A stretch of 64,000 nucleotides of DNA. Origin: an uncultured Bacilli bacterium. GTDB taxonomy: Bacteria > Bacillota_I > Bacilli_A > RF39 > UBA660. A program made the translations under genes and the position numbers. Location of the stretch: NCBI GenBank assembly GCA_934102355.1, contig CAKOSO010000001.1, forward strand, positions 96,863 to 160,862. Reading direction: 5' to 3'. Shown piece after piece: positions 32,449 to 42,579 of the stretch (its first letter is position 1; each line of letters starts with the position of its first letter). The notes under the pieces were generated by a model. The model was not told where the DNA came from. It was given only the letters and a program-made list of their open reading frames with translations, and did not search any database.

Positions 32449-34185
32449 TTATATCTTCTTAGTTTCTATTTCATTCTTTATTAATTTGATGAATTCATCT
32501 TTAGATAATGTTGTAGTTTTTTCTTCTTTATATCTTCTGAAACTAATAGTATTATTATCTCTTTCATTATCTCCAAGTATTAAAGTTATTGGTATTTTCT
32601 TAGTAACAGCTTCTCTCATTCTGTAACCAACTTTTTCTTCTCTATCATCTAAATCAGCTCTAATATTTTGTTCTTTTAATAAATCTACTATTTCTTTTGC
32701 ATATTCTAAATGATAATTATTGTTTACTGGTATTACCCTTACTTGAACAGGTGCAAGCCATAGTGGAAAAGCTCCACCAAAATGTTCTATTAAAATTCCT
32801 ATAAATCTCTCAACTGATCCATATATTACCCTATGTAACATAACTGGTCTTTTCTTTGCTCCATCACTATCTACATATGTTAAATCAAATCTTTCAGGTA
32901 AATTCATATCCAATTGAATAGTACCACATTGCCATACTCTTCCTAATGAGTCTTTAATATGAAAATCAAGTTTTGGTCCATAGAAAGCGCCATCACCTGG
33001 ATTAATTTTACAAGCATGACCTGCTTTTCTACAAGCTTCCTCCAAAACTTTTTCAGACCTATTCCATACTTCTATTGATCCAATATATTTTTCTTCTGGT
33101 CTTGTAGATAATTCAATATCATATGTAAGCCCAAATACTTTATACATACGATCTATAAAATTAATCAAACGAATAATTTCTTCCTCAATTTGATCTTCTC
33201 TCATAAATATATGTGCATCATCCTGAGTAAATGTACGAACTCTAAATAATCCGTTTAATGCACCACTTGCTTCATGCCTATGTACTTGTCCCAATTCTCC
33301 CATTCTTATCGGTAAATCTTTATATGAATGAAGTGAATTTTTATAAACTAGCATTCCTCCAGGACAATTCATTGGTTTTATAGCAAATATTTTATCATCA
33401 ATTTCTGATGTGTACATATTTTCACGATAATTATACCAATGACCTGATAATTCCCATAATTCCTTATTTAACATTATAGGAGTTTTTACAAATTGATATC
33501 CTTCTTTAGTATGTTCTTGATACCAAAAATTTTCTAGTTCATTTCTTAGAATCATTCCATTAGGTAAAAAGAATGGAAATCCAGGACCATATTCTGAAAT
33601 CATAAATAATTCAAGTTCTTTTCCTAACTTTTTATGATCACGTTTTTTAGCTTCTTCTAAAAACTCTAAATGTTTTTGTAAGTCTTCTTCTGTCTCAAAG
33701 CAAACACCATAAATTCTTTGTAACATTTTATTTTTAGATTCGCCCTTCCAATAAGCACCAGATACTTTCAAAAGCTTAAAATGTTTTAATTCTTTTACTG
33801 TGTCAACATGTGGGCCACGGCAAAGATCTGTAAAATCACCTTGTGTATAGCATGATATAACTGCAGTATCATCCATATTGTTTATTAAATCAATCTTATA
33901 TGGATCATCTTTAAATTGTTCTAACGCTTCCTCTCTTGTAATTTCATGTCTTACAATTCTTTTACCATCTTTAGAAATTTTCTTCATTTCTTTTTCTATT
34001 TTTGGTAAATCTTCTTCCTTTATTACTTCATCACCAAGATCAATATCATAATAGAAACCTTCATCTATTACTGGTCCTACCCAAAACTTGGCTTGTGGGT
34101 AAAGATGTTTTACTGCTTGTGCAAGTAAATGTGCACATGAATGATTCATCATGCTTAAATGTTCATTTTCTTTAATACTTTCCAT
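32449..34185 (-). CDS. thrS: threonine--tRNA ligase (N-terminally short form lacking TGS domain)
   Basis: 578 aa beginning at the second additional domain (HSCAHLLAQAVKHLYP). Class II catalytic and anticodon-binding domains are intact. Strong RBS AAAGGAGAG at the start. Confidence 0.95.
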   Translation of the reverse strand: MESIKENEHLSMMNHSCAHLLAQAVKHLYPQAKFWVGPVIDEGFYYDIDLGDEVIKEEDLPKIEKEMKKISKDGKRIVRHEITREEALEQFKDDPYKIDLINNMDDTAVISCYTQGDFTDLCRGPHVDTVKELKHFKLLKVSGAYWKGESKNKMLQRIYGVCFETEEDLQKHLEFLEEAKKRDHKKLGKELELFMISEYGPGFPFFLPNGMILRNELENFWYQEHTKEGYQFVKTPIMLNKELWELSGHWYNYRENMYTSEIDDKIFAIKPMNCPGGMLVYKNSLHSYKDLPIRMGELGQVHRHEASGALNGLFRVRTFTQDDAHIFMREDQIEEEIIRLINFIDRMYKVFGLTYDIELSTRPEEKYIGSIEVWNRSEKVLEEACRKAGHACKINPGDGAFYGPKLDFHIKDSLGRVWQCGTIQLDMNLPERFDLTYVDSDGAKKRPVMLHRVIYGSVERFIGILIEHFGGAFPLWLAPVQVRVIPVNNNYHLEYAKEIVDLLKEQNIRADLDDREEKVGYRMREAVTKKIPITLILGDNERDNNTISFRRYKEEKTTTLSKDEFIKLIKNEIETKKI

Positions 34186-34430
34186 ATTTATCTCTCCTTT
34201 TAATTTATACTAGTAAAATAAAAAGACGCATCCACCAAGGAGCGTCTTTCGCGGTACCATCCTACTTTATAACTTATATTTATAACGGAATTACCCGAAC
34301 TTCTTTTCTAGTTTGCTCATAAGGTAGTAATTATAAATCTATTACACCAGTCTTTCAGCCCAGAACCAGTTCTCTATAGTAAATCAATTTAAAATCTTAT
34401 CCTTATTCTTCGCATTACACCGTAAATATT
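34186..34430 (-). promoter_or_regulatory. T-box leader (threonine) with intrinsic terminator upstream of thrS
   Basis: Minus-strand reading has GGATGGTACCGCG (T-box consensus GGGTGGTACCGCG), then the terminator AAAGACGCTCCTTGGTGGATGCGTCTTTTTATTTT at 34222-34249. Confidence 0.7.
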
Positions 34431-34431
34431 A

Positions 34432-35355
34432 TCACTTTAAATTTCTTCTGTCAATACTAGTTAGTTCAAGTGATGTTGTTAAGCTTTTAATTCTTTCAAT
34501 TATTCTTCGAGCTTTTAACTTTTCTGACTTTGTTCCACTAAAACTTAAGTGCTCCTCAAGTTCATCAATACTCATATTTGAAGTAAAAAAAGTTGGTAAG
34601 TTTTCTTCCATTCGATATTGAAGTATTGTTCCTAATATTTCATCTCTTCCCCATGGGGTTACATTCTCAGCTCCAATATCATCAATTAACAATAATGGCG
34701 TTTTTTTTACAAATGTAAATCTCTCATTATAACTTGCAGTATCATCTTTAGAAAATGACCCTTTTAATGTTCTTAGAAATTCCGGAAAATATATAATAGT
34801 TGATTCAACATCTTTTTTAGCTAGCTCATTAAATAAAGCTGCTATTATATATGTCTTACCACTACCAAAACTACCATATAAATATAACCCTTTATCTTTA
34901 TTTTCAAAGAAATTATTATAATAATTATTTATATATTTTATTATAGGTAATCTTTTTTCATCATCTGTATATATATCTTTTATCTTTGCATCCTTAAGTG
35001 ATGTTGGAATATCATATAACTTAACATTTTTCTTATAAGAACTGTCTTTTAATTCTTTCTTTTTATATTTACATGGAACATATGAAAAATTCAATACATC
35101 TTCATTAACACTAGGAAAATATACATAACCAGTTAAAGCATTTTTGCAATTTTTTAATCCTTTACAATTTTTACAATTATTATACTCAATTGATGAATCT
35201 TTTAATAATGAAGTATATTTTGATAAAACTTTTTCGCTACATGGAATAGCATCACATAAATTCTTAAACTTTTCATCTTTTAGATTTAATACAAATTCAT
35301 TTATCAAGTCTTGATCACTTGCTCTTTTTGAAATCATATTTTTAACAGCGTCCAT
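34432..35355 (-). CDS. dnaI: primosomal protein DnaI (helicase loader)
   Basis: N-terminal Cys-rich zinc-binding region (CKNCKGLKNCKN) and C-terminal AAA+ domain (GSFGSGKTY, LLLIDDIG). Upstream of thrS as in Bacillus. Confidence 0.75.
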   Translation of the reverse strand: MDAVKNMISKRASDQDLINEFVLNLKDEKFKNLCDAIPCSEKVLSKYTSLLKDSSIEYNNCKNCKGLKNCKNALTGYVYFPSVNEDVLNFSYVPCKYKKKELKDSSYKKNVKLYDIPTSLKDAKIKDIYTDDEKRLPIIKYINNYYNNFFENKDKGLYLYGSFGSGKTYIIAALFNELAKKDVESTIIYFPEFLRTLKGSFSKDDTASYNERFTFVKKTPLLLIDDIGAENVTPWGRDEILGTILQYRMEENLPTFFTSNMSIDELEEHLSFSGTKSEKLKARRIIERIKSLTTSLELTSIDRRNLK

Positions 35356-35422
35356 TTAAATCACCTAAAAATATTATAATGTATTTTTTAAAAAAAGACT
35401 ATGTTTATTTTAGAATTTATTT

Positions 35423-35596
35423 TTATTTAAATCCACACATTTTACCTGCTATAGTTCTCCTAAAACTACTTCCAATATTTCTTCCTACATCTAAAAGATC
35501 ATCAATTGCAGATATAATTACTTTTATTAATGCAGCAGATAAATTAATGCCTCCTTTCACCTTTTTTAATTCATTACTATTTAATTTTTTCATCAT
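35423..35596 (-). CDS. double-glycine leader peptide 2 (57 aa), candidate class IIb bacteriocin subunit; not in ORF track
   Basis: Translated by hand: MMKKLNSNELKKVKGG / INLSAALIKVIISAIDDLLDVGRNIGSSFRRTIAGKMCGFK. The leader matches the LSxxELxxIxGG pattern. Its ATG overlaps the stop of peptide 1 (ATGA). Confidence 0.6.
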   Translation of the reverse strand: MMKKLNSNELKKVKGGINLSAALIKVIISAIDDLLDVGRNIGSSFRRTIAGKMCGFK

Positions 35597-35730
35597 CGAC
35601 ACCTCAAAGGTCTAGTAAAACCATCTAGTATTCCACTTCCGAAAATTATACCTGCTATAGCAGAAATTATCGTCCAAATACCTACCCCACCTCTTATACT
35701 TTTTAATTCAACTTTACTTATTTCTTTCAT
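35593..35730 (-). CDS. double-glycine leader peptide 1 (45 aa), candidate class IIb bacteriocin subunit; not in ORF track
   Basis: Translated by hand: MKEISKVELKSIRGG / VGIWTIISAIAGIIFGSGILDGFTRPLRCR. Perfect RBS AAGGGAGG 6 nt upstream. Glycine-zipper-like GIIFG in the mature part. The start overlaps the last 17 nt of the transporter gene. Confidence 0.6.
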   Translation of the reverse strand: MKEISKVELKSIRGGVGIWTIISAIAGIIFGSGILDGFTRPLRCR

Positions 35731-37768
35731 AAACCTCCCTTAATTCAAAAACTTTATTAAACATACAAACATTATTCTTTCTATGAGAAATTAAAATAAC
35801 TGTTAAACCAGGATAGTACTTAAATATATTATTTAAAATTATCTTCTCTTCTTTTACATCTATTTCATTAAAACTTTCATCAAATATTAAGATATCTTTT
35901 ACTTTAAGAAGTGCCCTTGCAATTATCATTTTCTTCCTTTCTCCTCCCGAGAAATTATTGCAATTTTCCTCTATAAAATAATCTTCATCTATTTTCTTCT
36001 TTTCTAAAATTTCATTAATCAAACAAGTTTTAAATGCTTTATTTATTTTCTTTTTATCAGATGTTATTAATTTCATATTATTAATAATTGAATCATTACA
36101 AAGCATCTCATTTTGTGAAACATAAGTAATACTATTTCTTATATACTCTAATGGCAAATACTTTATATCTATTCCATCAATTAAAATTTTACCGCCAGTT
36201 AACTTATCATATTTTAGTAAAAGTTTTATTAATGTTGATTTACCTATACCACTTTTTCCAGTTATAAATAAATGACAATCTCTATTAATTTTTAAATTTA
36301 CTTTATCTAAAACAGACTTATTATTTATAACATATGTAACATCAATAAAATCAATACTTTTAATTCTCGATAGTTTTGTTTCTTTAAACTCTTCTTTTTC
36401 TATATCCAATATATCTAATATCTTATTTATAGATGATTGATATATTGTAAAATACAGTACTACATCACAAATATTTGCAATATAACTAACTCCAAAATAA
36501 AATAAACTAGAAAACAAAATCATATCATAAATACTTATTCTTTTTTTTATCACTAAATATGATGAAAATAACATAATTAAAATATAAAATATATCTATCA
36601 TGTTATTTAATACAAACTTATAATTATTACTTATTTTATAATAATCCCTTGTGCTATCAGATACTTTCTTATAAGTACTACCAACTCTTTTACATATTTT
36701 ATCTTCCACATGAAGACTTTTTATAGTGTTAAATGATGTAAAAAAGTTAAATATTTTCGAGTTAAAAATAATTTTATCACTCTTAAGTTTTAAATATCTA
36801 CTATTAAATATATTCTGATACTTATATGAAATAAATATAAGTACAGCTATAAAAATAATATAAATAATACAGTAAACATACGAAAAACTAACCAGATATA
36901 TAAGCAAACTTAAAATCACTAATATATCAATAATACACATTATTAAAAATTTTTCCGTTATAATTCTAAAATTTTCTATATCATTTATGATAGTAGATAA
37001 TTCCCCAGTTGTTTTTTTATAAAAATATTTGTATGGAAGGAAAATAATATGATTAAATACTTTTTTTATCATTTTTTTATCTATCTTTATATTTAGAAAT
37101 ATAACTAATTTATCCTTTATAAAACCTATAACATTCTTAAATAAATAAACTAATAAATAGATAAATGATATCCTTATTAAATTTGTTAAACCATTGTCTA
37201 AAAATTTTGTTAAATTACTAAAATAATAATTTGATAATATCGATATTATTATAAATAAAAGTGAAAGACCTATAATAAGTAATATAATACTCTTATTATT
37301 TTTCAAAAGATCGATTATTACTTTCTTAAATCTTTTATCTCTATCTCTTTTTAAAATATCACTTGAAAATAATATAAATATTCCTGTAGTTTCATTCTCA
37401 AATTCCTCATATGACTTTTCACAAATACCAATTGTCGGATCCATTACAATTAGTTTTTTACTTTTTTTATTATTTCTTAAGATAACAATATAATGAAAAT
37501 AGCTTTTATTTTTGATAGTATGCGCTATGACCGGATAGGTTTTATCATTTAAATCATTTATTGTTGCCTTAACTCCTTTCGCAGCAACTCCTATTACTTT
37601 ACTCACCCTAATTAAATCATATGCACTAACACCATCATCAATATTAATTAGTTCTAAAATTCTTTCCCGAGATATTTTAATACCAAATTGTAAAAATATT
37701 GTTATTAAACATGCTATCCCACAATCATATTTATCTTCTTGTAAAACAAAATTATATGACTCATTCAT
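35714..37768 (-). CDS. peptidase C39 domain-containing bacteriocin/competence-peptide ABC transporter (ComA/LagD/SunT-type)
   Basis: N-terminal C39 peptidase (YDCGIACL Cys, FHYIVI His), a 6-TM domain and a C-terminal ABC ATPase (GKSGIGKST, FSGGERKK, ILIFDE). Start set at MNESYNF with RBS GGGAGA. The longest ORF starts at 37783. Confidence 0.85.
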   Translation of the reverse strand: MNESYNFVLQEDKYDCGIACLITIFLQFGIKISRERILELINIDDGVSAYDLIRVSKVIGVAAKGVKATINDLNDKTYPVIAHTIKNKSYFHYIVILRNNKKSKKLIVMDPTIGICEKSYEEFENETTGIFILFSSDILKRDRDKRFKKVIIDLLKNNKSIILLIIGLSLLFIIISILSNYYFSNLTKFLDNGLTNLIRISFIYLLVYLFKNVIGFIKDKLVIFLNIKIDKKMIKKVFNHIIFLPYKYFYKKTTGELSTIINDIENFRIITEKFLIMCIIDILVILSLLIYLVSFSYVYCIIYIIFIAVLIFISYKYQNIFNSRYLKLKSDKIIFNSKIFNFFTSFNTIKSLHVEDKICKRVGSTYKKVSDSTRDYYKISNNYKFVLNNMIDIFYILIMLFSSYLVIKKRISIYDMILFSSLFYFGVSYIANICDVVLYFTIYQSSINKILDILDIEKEEFKETKLSRIKSIDFIDVTYVINNKSVLDKVNLKINRDCHLFITGKSGIGKSTLIKLLLKYDKLTGGKILIDGIDIKYLPLEYIRNSITYVSQNEMLCNDSIINNMKLITSDKKKINKAFKTCLINEILEKKKIDEDYFIEENCNNFSGGERKKMIIARALLKVKDILIFDESFNEIDVKEEKIILNNIFKYYPGLTVILISHRKNNVCMFNKVFELREVYERNK

Positions 37769-37829
37769 ATTATCTCCCTTCATAATAATTATTAGAGAGA
37801 AAATAAAAATAACCTACATAAGTAGATTA

Positions 37830-38549
37830 TTATTTTTGATTTGCTAAATTATAAAGTTGTTTTACCTCTTTAATTGTTAAACTTCTATATTCTTTAGAGT
37901 TCAAGCCTTGAAGATTTAAAAATGCAATCTTTTCTCTTTTTAATTTTAATACTTCATGTGAAACCGCCTCAAACATCTTCTTAACTTGATGATTTTTTCC
38001 TTCATGAATAGTTATTTCAACTATAGAAGTATTAGTCTTCTTATTAAAACTTCTAACCTTTACCTTTGAAGCAGAAGTTTTAACATTCTCAATTAAAACT
38101 CCACTTTTTAATTTTTTTTGCTCTTCTACAGTTAAAAAACCATTTATTTTTGCAACATACACTTTATCGATATTGTTTTTTGGATGCATAAGTAAATTGG
38201 ACAATTCACCATCATTAGTTAAAAGAATAAGTCCTGTTGTATCATAATCAAGTCTCCCCACTGGATATATTCTCTTATCTGTATCAATTAATGATACAAC
38301 TGTTTTTCTATTTAACTCATCACTCGTTGTTGACACATATCCACGTGGTTTATTAAGTAAAAAATATACCTTTTCTTCTTTACCTAAGATTACTCCATCG
38401 ATTTCTATCTTATCATTTTTATTAACCTTCGTACCAAGACTATTTACTATTACACCATTAACTTTGACTCTTGAATTTATAATTAATTCTTCTGCTTTTC
38501 TCCTAGAAGTATATCCAGAATTAGCAATAACTTTTTGAAGTCTTTCCAT
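37830..38549 (-). CDS. RNA pseudouridine synthase, RsuA/RluB family (S4 domain + PseudoU_synth)
   Basis: S4 domain MERLQKVIANSGYTSRRKAEELI and catalytic VGRLDYDTTGLILLTNDG motif. Confidence 0.8.
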   Translation of the reverse strand: MERLQKVIANSGYTSRRKAEELIINSRVKVNGVIVNSLGTKVNKNDKIEIDGVILGKEEKVYFLLNKPRGYVSTTSDELNRKTVVSLIDTDKRIYPVGRLDYDTTGLILLTNDGELSNLLMHPKNNIDKVYVAKINGFLTVEEQKKLKSGVLIENVKTSASKVKVRSFNKKTNTSIVEITIHEGKNHQVKKMFEAVSHEVLKLKREKIAFLNLQGLNSKEYRSLTIKEVKQLYNLANQK

Positions 38550-38563
38550 AATATCACCATTTT

Positions 38564-40558
38564 CTATTTTAGTGTTTTTAGAATTTTATTAAGAATAGAA
38601 TCCTTATCAAGCTTATATTCTTTTAATAAATCATCCTTCTTACCCGATTTACCAAATATATCAATTGTAAACATATTACTTGGATTAGTAATAAATTTAT
38701 ACCAAGAATATGAAGAAGAATACTCTATAACATATCTCTTACAATTTTTTGGTAACACATCATATAAATATTTCTTATCTTGCATAGAGAATTTTTCAAT
38801 TGAAGGCATTGAAACAACTCTAATTTTTTTACCTAATTCTTCTAATCTTTTAGCAACATACAATGCTGTTTCCACCTCAGAGCCAGTAGAAATTATACAA
38901 GCATCAAGATCTGTATTATCTTTTAAAATATATGCACCTTTTGATACAGAATTAATACTTGTATTTTCTAAAGTATTTAATTTTTCCTTACTTATAATAA
39001 GTATACTTACATGTTCTAAATCATTTATTGCAGATTTATAAGAACCAATTATTTCATTAGCATCACAGGGTCTATAAACAACAACATTTGGTATTGATCT
39101 TAAAGAAACTAGTTGTTCAACTGGTATATGTGATGAACCATCCTGTCCATTCATTAATGTATCATGAGTAAAAATATATATTACTGGTAATTTCATTAAA
39201 GCTGCAGAACGAATTGCAGGTTTTAAATAATCAGAAAAAGTTAAAAAACAACTTCCAAAACATCTAATACCACAAGCAGTAATTCCATTTAAAATTGCTC
39301 CCATTGCATGTTCTCTTACACCCATATGAATATTTCTACCACAACTACTCTTAGTAAAATCTCCCATTGATTCAATGTACGTATTACAAGATGTAAAAAC
39401 ATCAGCTGATGCATTTAATACTAGATTTTCATCTGTTATAATTTTTTCTAACATTTTTTTAGAAATAGCAATTCCTTTTTGTTCTTCAGTATCTTCTTTA
39501 TTTAATGAAAAATCTATATTCATTTTAAAATTATTATTTTTAAGGTTTTCAAATTCAACTTTAAAATTACTTATTTTTTTATTTTTAAATTCATAAAGAC
39601 TATTATATTTATCAATAATTTTATAATTTCTTTCCAATACTTCCTCAGTCATTTTATTATAACATTCTGAAACAACTGTAAATGGAATATCCCTTATTTC
39701 TAATTTTTCCTTCAATAAAGTTATATCATCTTCTTCAAGAGGTTTTCCATGAACTAAATTTGTATTTTCAAGTTTTGATCCTAAACCTAATATAGTTTTA
39801 ACTTCAATTAAAGATGGCTTATCTTTTCTTGATTTTGCTTTGGAAATAGCAACATCAATTGCATTTAAATCATTACCATTAACCTGATGAACATCCCAGT
39901 TCATTGCTCTAAATCTTTCTAAAACCTTCTCATTTGATGAAGTTTCTCTTGGTCCATCAAGCGTCATATTATTTGAATCATATAATACTATTAATTTACC
40001 AAGTCCTAAAAGCCCTGCCATACTACATGCTTCATATGAAACACCTTCCATTAAATCACCATCTCCACATAAACAATAAGTATAGTGATCAATTAAACTA
40101 TTCTTTTTAGTATATGAATATCTCTTGTTTAAAAACTTTTCAGCCATAGCCATACCTACTGCTGATGCAATTCCTTGACCTAACGGACCAGTTGAAAAAT
40201 CAACTCCTGGCGTCTTGTCTAATACAGGATGTCCTGGTGTTTTTGAATTAATGCTTCTAAAAGCTCTTAAATCATCAATAGTTAAATTAAAACCACTCAT
40301 AAAAAGTGTTGAATATAAAACTGATGAACCATGTCCTGCTGACATAACAAATCTATCTCTATTTATCCATTTATCATTTTTAGGATCAAAAACTAAATGT
40401 TTAGCATACAAAGTATAAAGTATTGGAGCACAAGACAATGCTATTCCAGGGTGACCACTTTGTGCTTCATTAATCATATCTATTGCTAAAGCTTTAATAT
40501 TGTTTACAGTTTTATAATCTAAATCTGTCATTTTATTTGATAATTGTATTATTCCCAT
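38564..40558 (-). CDS. tkt: transketolase
   Basis: 664 aa with a TPP-binding GDG motif (CGDGDLMEG), Pyr and C-terminal domains. Confidence 0.95.
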   Translation of the reverse strand: MGIIQLSNKMTDLDYKTVNNIKALAIDMINEAQSGHPGIALSCAPILYTLYAKHLVFDPKNDKWINRDRFVMSAGHGSSVLYSTLFMSGFNLTIDDLRAFRSINSKTPGHPVLDKTPGVDFSTGPLGQGIASAVGMAMAEKFLNKRYSYTKKNSLIDHYTYCLCGDGDLMEGVSYEACSMAGLLGLGKLIVLYDSNNMTLDGPRETSSNEKVLERFRAMNWDVHQVNGNDLNAIDVAISKAKSRKDKPSLIEVKTILGLGSKLENTNLVHGKPLEEDDITLLKEKLEIRDIPFTVVSECYNKMTEEVLERNYKIIDKYNSLYEFKNKKISNFKVEFENLKNNNFKMNIDFSLNKEDTEEQKGIAISKKMLEKIITDENLVLNASADVFTSCNTYIESMGDFTKSSCGRNIHMGVREHAMGAILNGITACGIRCFGSCFLTFSDYLKPAIRSAALMKLPVIYIFTHDTLMNGQDGSSHIPVEQLVSLRSIPNVVVYRPCDANEIIGSYKSAINDLEHVSILIISKEKLNTLENTSINSVSKGAYILKDNTDLDACIISTGSEVETALYVAKRLEELGKKIRVVSMPSIEKFSMQDKKYLYDVLPKNCKRYVIEYSSSYSWYKFITNPSNMFTIDIFGKSGKKDDLLKEYKLDKDSILNKILKTLK

Positions 40559-40596
40559 GATGTCCTCCTTGTTAAAATTTTATCATTTTTTATTAG

Positions 40597-40818
40597 TTAT
40601 TGCAAATTCTTAAGTCTGTTTAATTGTTCCTCTATCTCAGACATTATTCTTTGCTTTTCATCTTCATCTTTATAATACTTATTATTTTCATACACTAAAA
40701 TGTCCCCCTCTTCAACATTAAAATCAATTTCTGATAAATCAATTTCAACCATCGAAGTTGTATCATATATTTCACAAACTGCTACATTATCAGTGACTCT
40801 ATCTACAATATATTTCAT
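40597..40818 (-). CDS. DUF3006 family small protein
   Basis: 73 aa. Members of this family typically co-occur with ComEC-C-terminal-like MBL proteins. Overlaps the upstream gene stop. Confidence 0.45.
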   Translation of the reverse strand: MKYIVDRVTDNVAVCEIYDTTSMVEIDLSEIDFNVEEGDILVYENNKYYKDEDEKQRIMSEIEEQLNRLKNLQ

Positions 40819-41714
40819 TTACTACCTCCATCTGTATTAGTATTCAAAAACTCTACCTTTAATTTTTCTCCATCACTAGATACTTTAATAGTGCCATCTT
40901 CATCTGTTCTATAAACTTTACTTCCTATGTTTTTCAATCTTTCAATAACTTCATATCTTGGGTGACCATAATTATTATTTTTTCCTACCTCTATTATTGA
41001 TATTTTAGGTTCTACCTCTTTTATAAAGTCTTCACTTGTTGAATATATAGAACCATGATGTCCAACTTTTAATACATCTGATTTTAAATCTTGCAACAAT
41101 ATTTTTTCTTCAACTTTAGTACTAGCATCTCCCATAAATAGCATAGATATATCTTTATAAGTTAGTTTAAGAACAATAGATGTATCATTTAATTCATCAT
41201 CTGAAGATACGTAGATAACTCTTATATTTACATCCCCAAAGCTTAATTCATCCCCTATTTCTGGAACATTAAACTTTATTTGTTTTCTTTCCAAAGCATC
41301 CAAAACATCTCTAAATGTCTTTGTCGTTGTTATCTTATCTGGCATATAAAACTTTCCAATTTCAAAATTATCTATAATATTATCCATTCCACCAATATGA
41401 TCTTCATGAGCATGTGTACCAACTACATAATCAAATTTTTCAATGCCAATACTTTTAAAATATGATACCAAATAATCACCATCATTATTATTTCCAGCAT
41501 CTATCAACATATTTTTATCTTTATTTCTTATCAGTATTGAATCTGCTTGACCAACATCTAAAAAATATACTTCTAATTCTTCATTTATATCTTCGCTAAA
41601 TTTAGAAGAACCGTCTTCTAATGCAAAACTAAAATTATTATTGTTATATAAAAAATAACCGATACTAGCAAATAAAAACAATATTATAAATAGTATAGAC
41701 TTTTTACTTTTCAT
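40815..41714 (-). CDS. secreted MBL-fold metallo-hydrolase (ComEC C-terminal domain-like)
   Basis: Signal peptide and metallo-beta-lactamase motif GTHAHEDHIGG. Confidence 0.7.
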   Translation of the reverse strand: MKSKKSILFIILFLFASIGYFLYNNNNFSFALEDGSSKFSEDINEELEVYFLDVGQADSILIRNKDKNMLIDAGNNNDGDYLVSYFKSIGIEKFDYVVGTHAHEDHIGGMDNIIDNFEIGKFYMPDKITTTKTFRDVLDALERKQIKFNVPEIGDELSFGDVNIRVIYVSSDDELNDTSIVLKLTYKDISMLFMGDASTKVEEKILLQDLKSDVLKVGHHGSIYSTSEDFIKEVEPKISIIEVGKNNNYGHPRYEVIERLKNIGSKVYRTDEDGTIKVSSDGEKLKVEFLNTNTDGGSK

Positions 41715-41907
41715 CTACTTCATCAACTCTATTCTTACACTATTAATAATAACAAAAATAATATTTTTAGTAAAGTTAGTTTACAATCAATAGTTTATAA
41801 TACAACCAACCATAACATATGTATATTAGTAAAAATGTGATGATACTATAATAAGAATTAATTTAATAAAAAAACAAACGACTTATAAAAGTCGTTTTTA
41901 TTATTTT

Positions 41908-41994
41908 TGGTGCCTGTGGTGGGACTCGAACCCACACGATATTGCTATCACTGGATTTTGAGTCCAGCGCGTCTACCAGTTCCGCCACACAGGC
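41908..41994 (-). tRNA. tRNA-Leu (anticodon CAA), long variable arm
   Basis: Minus-strand read GCCTGTGTGGCGGAACTGGTAGACGCGCTGGACTCAAAATCCAG...GGTTCGAGTCCCACCACAGGCACCA. Anticodon loop CTCAAAA. Terminator hairpin AAACGACTTTTATAAGTCGTTT follows. Confidence 0.85.
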
Positions 41995-42003
41995 ATAGAA
42001 AAA

Positions 42004-42579
42004 TTATATTTCCTCTTTATATTTTGAGTTATATAATTCAATTTCTTCTTGATCTTTCTCAATCTCTTCTATTTTAGGAAGTTCATCTCTTGAAGAAAGC
42101 CCAAAATAATCAAGAAACTGATCTGTTATTCCATATAATCTTGGTCTTCCTATCTTATCGCTTCTTCCTACCTCTTTAACAAGATCTCTTGCTATAAGAC
42201 TTCTTATCATTTGTCCAGAGTTAACTTTTCTTAATTCATCAACTTCCAAACGTGTGATAGGTTCATTATACGCAATTATTGCTAAAGTTTCAAGTGCTGA
42301 AGGTGACAAAGTTCTAATATTAGATAATTCTGTTAATTTTTTATAATAATCCTTATATTCTTCCTTTGTTACTAATTTATATGAATTACCCAGTTCCTTA
42401 AGTGCTATTCCCCTATCATTATTATTATATTCATCCTGTAATTCACCTAAAAGCTTAATACACACTTCTTCATCTTCTTCTAAAATGGCTTCTATTTGAG
42501 GTAGAGTTAACCCTTCATTTCCTATTAAAAATAATAGACCCTCTAATGCTGCTTTTTTATTCATTGTCTCACCTCGCAA
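42004..42579 (-). CDS. scpB: segregation and condensation protein B
   Basis: 191 aa with N-terminal winged helix LEGLLFLIGNEGLTLPQI typical of ScpB. Overlaps the scpA stop. Confidence 0.9.
   Translation of the reverse strand: MRGETMNKKAALEGLLFLIGNEGLTLPQIEAILEEDEEVCIKLLGELQDEYNNNDRGIALKELGNSYKLVTKEEYKDYYKKLTELSNIRTLSPSALETLAIIAYNEPITRLEVDELRKVNSGQMIRSLIARDLVKEVGRSDKIGRPRLYGITDQFLDYFGLSSRDELPKIEEIEKDQEEIELYNSKYKEEI

Noticed and set aside
35423-35730. Interpreting the GG-leader peptides as ComC-like quorum-sensing pheromones
   Set aside because: No adjacent histidine kinase or response regulator (ComDE-like). The mature peptides are long, hydrophobic and amphipathic with glycine-zipper features, which fits two-peptide bacteriocins better. 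The pheromone possibility cannot be excluded.
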